A stretch of 49,111 bases of DNA. It comes from Trichomonas gallinae (taxonomy: Eukaryota). Each line of letters opens with the position of its first letter. Position 1 is the stretch's first letter. Position numbers and translations under genes: made by a program. Location: NCBI GenBank assembly GCA_008369845.1, contig MRSU01007902.1, positions 1-49,111 of the forward strand. Reading direction: 5' to 3'. A model generated the notes under the pieces. The model saw nothing but the letters and a program-made list of their open reading frames with translations, was not told where the DNA came from and ran no database searches. Shown piece after piece: positions 43,500-49,111 of the stretch.

Positions 43500-46400
43500 T
43501 TATTTGAATGCTTTGATGAAATCTTCGACAGTGAAATCGAAGAATCGTGTAATATGAAGCAAAGCATCGATTTCATCGAGTGTTGTCTGCTCTTGCTTCT
43601 TCAAGCAGATAGATAAAAGTCCTCTGAAGTGCTTTGGAATCATTGTGAGCGATGGTAATTTATTCTTCTCTTGTCTTGTGAAGATTGTTCTTATAACAGC
43701 TATGCAAATCATCCTTGACATGTGTGTGACTGTAATTTTCGTGTCGTTGAGGATCTTTGGCATCTTTACGACAAGTGCAATTTCGTCATCTCTTACACCA
43801 GGAGCTTGTAGTGGTTCCGAGAAGTCCCAATTGTCGAATAACCACCATTTGATATCGTAGATGCAGTCCCAGACATCATCCGTTATTAATGAGTGAATCT
43901 CAGATGCTTCTGCATAAGCGATTATACCATTAAGCATCAGCATAACAGCGAGGTCCGATATAGCAACCCATAGGCCCCTGAAATCGTCGATGACTTTGTT
44001 CTCTTTGAACTCCTCCATTTGGTGTTTGACGATTTCCAGTACATCATCAGCATAAGCTTTCTTGTCCTTCATTACGTCTGTTATGAACCTCAAATAAGTG
44101 AATATCTCCTGCGGATAGTCGATTAGTAGCTGAAGAGCAGCCTGCAGGAAGTCAGGTGCCTCTGTCGTGATGATTGGGATTTCGAACTCGTTATTCTTGT
44201 AGTCCTCGTAAGCTGCCCTGACAGTGTTGATTGTATCTTCTTTGATCTCCTTGATTTCCAGCTCGCCGAGGTTCTGTATTCCGTCCTTGATGTACTTGTT
44301 CTTCATCTCTATGATCTCCGTGAGCATGAACTGGTATCTCGACTTGAGATCCTTCGACTGAGATGTTTTATCAAGACGCTTCCATAGCTGCTGGTTGACC
44401 TTGCAAATGAAGCCTGCTCCAGCTGCCTGAACGAAAGTGTGGAGCATCTCTATGTGCGTCGAGTGTATTGGCGTCTTTTCGAGTGTGTCGAACAAAGCAC
44501 CAATAGCTGTGTGTCCGTTTGCCTCTGCCATGGCATTTTCTGCGAGAAGGTTTCCGAAGAAAGCCGCAGTTGAGCAACAGTTGTTTGAGTCGCTTTCTTT
44601 CTCTTCTTTGCCCGGATTCGCGATGCACTCAAAGAACTTCGTGATGATCTCCCTGACGCAGATCTCCCTGAACTTGGCATTGGAGCATTGAGCAGTGAAT
44701 TTCGCGTATATGTTTGCGAATGATTGTTCGTTGATTGCTTTAGTTGTAAAAAGCTCAACTGCAAACGTGATTCTTTCGTCTGTAGTAAGCAAATTGCAGA
44801 CTTCTGCATCTGTCTGCTCGATTGTATTGATTGTGAGCTTGTTGAATGCCTGCTTGAGGTTGAACTTGAACGCTTCCTCTGAGTTCTCGTCCCACTGGCC
44901 AAACTTCTTCATTATCTTTGTAGGCATGAAGACGTCGATTTGTTCGTTGTTCGTGAGTTTGGCAAGTCTGGCCTGCTCTTGCTCTTTACGCTGTCTCTCG
45001 AGCTCAGCCATCATCTGTCTCTTCTTTTCACGCTGTTCTGCAAGTCGCATCTGCGGAGTAATGACTTCTGTTGGCTTTGCTTTCTCCGCTTCGACTTTTT
45101 GCTCTGCATAAACCTCTGGGTAGAGCATCTCGTGGTGAAGAAGCTGAAGCATCTTGAAACCAGGCGATTTCTGAAGAATAGAAATCGAAGAAAATCTATT
45201 AACGTTCGTGATTCCTTTCTTGAGCTCTCTGAGCAATGCAACTGGGTAGTAGTTCTTCTGTACGATGATTTGGTTGGCTGTATGTGGATTTGCACGCGTA
45301 ATTTGAATTGGATTCTTTGGATTCTTTTCTGCTGCCGTAGGAATCATGATATATTTGGTGCTCTTTTCCTTTCCATCTTCGTCTTTTTCTGTTACTTCGT
45401 GTATGTATCCATCTTCCAGTCCTTTTGGTTTCTCAACTATTGGACCTTTCATTGCTTGAAGAGTGTCTTCCAGTTCATCAGTGTCGTAGAACTCTCCTGT
45501 TGCGTTCATGCCTGGTTTCGAGATTGAAAGAGATGTTTGAAGGACTCCTTTATATTTCTTTAAATGCTTTTTAGGAGCTGGAGCGCTTTGGTTCCATTTG
45601 AGCTCTACTGCTTCTTTGCCGCCTGGTAGCTCTATTTCCATTGTGTTTTGCTTGTTAGAAATAAGATTTGGATTTGACGCTGTTCGAACTTGAAGCCCAG
45701 AACTGTTCGAGAAGTCAACGGATAAGCCTGGCCTGCTGAGTTGATATTCTTTTTCGCGTAATTCCTGTGGTTTGAAAGGTAATTGCGATCTAGGAAGCGC
45801 AAGAGCGGTTCTAACATTAGAATTAAGAGGTTTTAGTGGTTGCTGTGTTAAAATTTCGTGATCACCGGTCTTTTCGTATCTTGTAGAAAAATCTAAAGAT
45901 AATTTGCCTGGTTTCGTTGAAAGTTTAGATTTGGAAGCCTGCTTTTGAGAAGGCATAGCGACTGGATTTTCCAGGAATTTAGTAATATCGCTTAACTGCT
46001 GTTGCAATAATATCGATGTATCAATTTCGTTGTTTTGTGTCTCTGCTTCTAAGTCTTCTTCCGATGGTATTTGTGTTAATTGGATTGGCCTTGTAAGAAT
46101 AGAATTCGGAACTGCAGAAGGATCAAATGAAGAAGCAGATCTAATAATTCTTTGAGATTTTGGCGGAAGGTTAGGAGTTTGTTGGAGTGGAGACATTGAT
46201 GATGAATTATTAACAGGTATTGATATATTGAGAGGCGTCCTATTACGTGGTGGAACAGGAAAGCCTTGGTTTGGAATGAAATCTATCGATTGCGAGCGTG
46301 CCCTTATCGGCTTATTCACTTGAACAGGAATTGATATTTCTTTTGGTACAATATGCAGAGATTGTCTACTTGGAATTTGAATATTCTTTCCTAGCGACTT

Positions 46401-46712
46401 TGTATCGTTGTCAACTTCAACTCCAGGGTATTTTTCATCGTCAGAGTAATAATTATAGTCATCAGAAAAGTCTTGGTTAAATTTCGTTGATGGATATATT
46501 TGTTGAGATCGTGAACGATAGTTCATTGCATTGTTTTTGATTCTAGGCGGTTCGGGCTCATCATCAGAATAGCTGTAGTAGTAATCATCCGAGTAATTAT
46601 CAGTACTACGGATTCGTTGGTACCGCTCTGATGCTGCTGATGAAGTCCAAGCACTTCCGGAGCCATAGGTAGAATAAATGGATCCTGGATTTGAACTTCG
46701 CAGCTGAGACAT
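43500..46712 (-). CDS. eIF4G-like protein (MIF4G domain plus MA3-like C-terminal helical region)
   Basis: LKQAFNKLT...ELFTTKAINEQSFANIYAKF...FFGNL...SRYQFMLTEIIEM matches the eIF4G MIF4G core. Long disordered N-terminus with YYPVALL (YxxxxL-phi), and INTVRAAYEDY resembling the start of MA3. Confidence 0.8.
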   Translation of the reverse strand: MSQLRSSNPGSIYSTYGSGSAWTSSAASERYQRIRSTDNYSDDYYYSYSDDEPEPPRIKNNAMNYRSRSQQIYPSTKFNQDFSDDYNYYSDDEKYPGVEVDNDTKSLGKNIQIPSRQSLHIVPKEISIPVQVNKPIRARSQSIDFIPNQGFPVPPRNRTPLNISIPVNNSSSMSPLQQTPNLPPKSQRIIRSASSFDPSAVPNSILTRPIQLTQIPSEEDLEAETQNNEIDTSILLQQQLSDITKFLENPVAMPSQKQASKSKLSTKPGKLSLDFSTRYEKTGDHEILTQQPLKPLNSNVRTALALPRSQLPFKPQELREKEYQLSRPGLSVDFSNSSGLQVRTASNPNLISNKQNTMEIELPGGKEAVELKWNQSAPAPKKHLKKYKGVLQTSLSISKPGMNATGEFYDTDELEDTLQAMKGPIVEKPKGLEDGYIHEVTEKDEDGKEKSTKYIMIPTAAEKNPKNPIQITRANPHTANQIIVQKNYYPVALLRELKKGITNVNRFSSISILQKSPGFKMLQLLHHEMLYPEVYAEQKVEAEKAKPTEVITPQMRLAEQREKKRQMMAELERQRKEQEQARLAKLTNNEQIDVFMPTKIMKKFGQWDENSEEAFKFNLKQAFNKLTINTIEQTDAEVCNLLTTDERITFAVELFTTKAINEQSFANIYAKFTAQCSNAKFREICVREIITKFFECIANPGKEEKESDSNNCCSTAAFFGNLLAENAMAEANGHTAIGALFDTLEKTPIHSTHIEMLHTFVQAAGAGFICKVNQQLWKRLDKTSQSKDLKSRYQFMLTEIIEMKNKYIKDGIQNLGELEIKEIKEDTINTVRAAYEDYKNNEFEIPIITTEAPDFLQAALQLLIDYPQEIFTYLRFITDVMKDKKAYADDVLEIVKHQMEEFKENKVIDDFRGLWVAISDLAVMLMLNGIIAYAEASEIHSLITDDVWDCIYDIKWWLFDNWDFSEPLQAPGVRDDEIALVVKMPKILNDTKITVTHMSRMICIAVIRTIFTRQEKNKLPSLTMIPKHFRGLLSICLKKQEQTTLDEIDALLHITRFFDFTVEDFIKAFK

Positions 46713-48043
46713 TCTATTTCTTATTTAGTTGAAAAAAATTAGAAATTGGTCTCAAAAATAGTCAGGTTGACGATTAAATTTCACATAAAAAATCTGGATA
46801 TTTTATCCATGATTTACTGATTATCTGCAACAAAATCAATTTTATCGCTTGATATCGTCTTCAGCTCATTTTCTTTACGATGGCAAAAAAGTAAATTACG
46901 TGACAAAAATAATTTTCGCTCTCTTTCGGAGGCAAAACGCCTTCTTTTCAACGGTCGTTTTACAATACAAAATCGCTATTTTCATTCTCAATTCATTTTT
47001 TACAATGACAAGAACAAATTTACATGGCAAAATCAAATTATATTTCTCCATAAATATAGAGTTAGCGCAAAAAATCGTAGATGCTGTATATAAGTTAGTT
47101 ATGAAATCCTAATACATGATTTTTATGTGCTTATAGTGGCAATATGCAAAAGATGAGCGTCAATAGAGCATTATAAGGGAACCGTCTACAACTTTTTGCG
47201 CAAACACTAATTGTTTTTGATTCATCAAATTTGATACATCACTATAAGCATCCAAGATAATTATAGCCGTTCAAATTCCAAATTGAATAAACAAAAATAA
47301 AATTATATATAAACTCAGCATGTTTTCTTTAGCATACTGTATTGTGTCATATCAAAATATCAATATATTAAAGCTTGACCATGAATGGACATTTTAATTT
47401 GAACAATATTTCCTGATATATCGAATTAGCTTGAGCTAAGCAAATATAGATGTATATATGTGTAAATAAATGATAAAATAATGAAATTAAATCTGAATTT
47501 AGAATAGATTCATTCAAAAACTTGAAAACTTTTTTGATCAAAAAATCGGATCCCGTGTTTGAAAAACAGCATTTGTCATAAAATAGTTGTACTAAATGAT
47601 TTAATTGTCGCTAATATGCTTATTCAATATATTGTTTTGAGCATTTACTGATAAAATTTTTGAGATATTGGTGGGATTTTGTTGATTGTTCAATATTTTG
47701 CTGTACATGCTATTTAACTCTCTTTTCTATTTATTTTCCAGCAATATCCACATGTTTTTATTGACCAATTATTTATAAAACTCCAAGATTTTGATCGATT
47801 TTTTCATCAATTTCGTTATTTCTTGTGCATACATATATGTATATAATCCATTATTCTAATATAGATGAATTATATGTTCCAAAAACTTATAACTTAAGCA
47901 GATAAAGAGATAGAAAACGAAATATTAAAATCTATAAATATTTGCGAAAATCAGAAAATCAAAGAGTTTAAATATAAATAATTGCGAAATTTCCATGAAA
48001 GATAATTGAATACATTACGATTATTTTCCAAAATTTTTTGCAG

Positions 48044-48658
48044 ATGACAGAAAATAATGTTAAAGTTGTTATGCTCGGCAATTCTGCCGTAGGCAAGACA
48101 ACACTCGTCACTCGTTGGACAGAAGATAGATATGATGGCAAATCTACGCCAACAATCGGTGCTGCATATAAACAAGTTACTTTAGAAATGCCTGATGGCA
48201 ATAAATACTCTATGCACTTATGGGATACGGCTGGACAGGATGAATACCGAAGCACTACCTCTATTTACTGCAGAGACGCAAAAGCTGCAATGATCGTTTT
48301 TGATATAACAGATTATCAGAGCTTCCAAGCCCTACCTAATTGGATAACAACTCTCAAGGATAAGGCAAATGTTCCTTTCATAATTGTTGGCAACAAGGCT
48401 GATAAACAAGATATTCGTCAAGTTTCATTTGATGATGCGGCTCAAATGGCACAGCAGTATAACGTCCCATACTATGAAACCAGTGCTTTAACATCATTTA
48501 ATGTAGATGATGCATTCAATGAATTAGCAAATGCTGGTATTTCGTTCATGAACTCTGAGATGTCAAATAAGGAGACTGTCGAGACAACAAATAGCCAGCC
48601 GGTTGATTTGAATAAGCCCAAAGAAACTAATCAAAAACAAAACTCGCAGTGTTGTTAA
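48044..48658 (+). CDS. Rab-family small GTPase, divergent lineage-specific member
   Basis: GNSAVGKT, PTIGAAY, WDTAGQ, NKAD, ETSA, and a C-terminal CC prenylation motif. ATG is at 48044 (the track start at 48038 is TTG); the stop codon lies within TAAA. Confidence 0.95.
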   Translation: MTENNVKVVMLGNSAVGKTTLVTRWTEDRYDGKSTPTIGAAYKQVTLEMPDGNKYSMHLWDTAGQDEYRSTTSIYCRDAKAAMIVFDITDYQSFQALPNWITTLKDKANVPFIIVGNKADKQDIRQVSFDDAAQMAQQYNVPYYETSALTSFNVDDAFNELANAGISFMNSEMSNKETVETTNSQPVDLNKPKETNQKQNSQCC

Positions 48659-49111
48659 AGTTGAAATTTGTGTTTCATGTTGGAACAAACGTAATTATCC
48701 ACGCTTAGTTTTAAACAAAATTTTTAGGTATTATTTAAGAATATATATAATCATTTTTGAAATAACAAAACTGGTAGCATAAAATGAATATTTTTCACAT
48801 AAATATGTATACAATCTGAGAGATTTTCTTCTTTCTATAGCTTTTACTGAAAGATTTGACAACAAAATTATCAAACTCTATAAAATTAACTTCATAAGCA
48901 TATATAATGTTCATAGTTATGCATTTAATGCTATTTGATTGTTATATTGATGCTAAAATGATGTTTTGTGACTGAAAATGAAATATGACATTTTGCAATT
49001 TACATGACAAAATTTATGAAAATTTGTCAACAAAAATATGAATAGGTTATATATTGCGCTAATGATTACAATATTATGTATTTTTGCAAGTATTCTTGCA
49101 GTAGTGTCGAA

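Noticed and set aside
48030..48043. TTTTTTGCAG before the Rab ATG as a 3' splice site
   Set aside because: The trichomonad branch/acceptor motif ACTAAC..CAG is absent, and the Rab is complete from ATG 48044.
1..49111. Maverick/Polinton, mariner or other intact transposons; tRNA and rRNA genes
   Set aside because: No integrase, transposase, DNA polymerase B or packaging ATPase ORFs, no long TIRs, and no cloverleaf or rRNA-like GC-rich tracts were seen by eye.

Overview
AT-rich eukaryotic genomic DNA, almost certainly from a trichomonad (Trichomonas vaginalis or a close relative). The assignment rests on intronless genes in the standard code, TCAYT initiator (Inr) elements about 5-20 nt before ATGs, an M3+M5 core promoter, TAAA signals overlapping stop codons, and typical expanded families (ankyrin, BTB-F5/8, Gly-rich, divergent Rab). 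Recognisable genes: a partial probable ribosomal-protein gene, inositol polyphosphate kinase, a bacterial-type aspartate aminotransferase, a C2-like protein, Piezo, an importin-alpha-like ARM protein, BTB-discoidin, ankyrin-RING E3, SMC6, two ALK/LTK-type Gly-rich proteins, two type I membrane proteins, a Rod/KNTC1-like protein lacking the beta-propeller, an eIF4G-like protein and a Rab. A pseudogene-rich stretch covers about 7.5-14.9 kb. The most notable observations are the shortened Rod/KNTC1 homologue and a ~20-bp-phased array of TTTACATGACAA motifs in a divergent promoter, which recurs upstream of other genes. I saw no tRNA, rRNA, CRISPR array or intact transposon. All homology calls are by eye from remembered motifs; no search was run.
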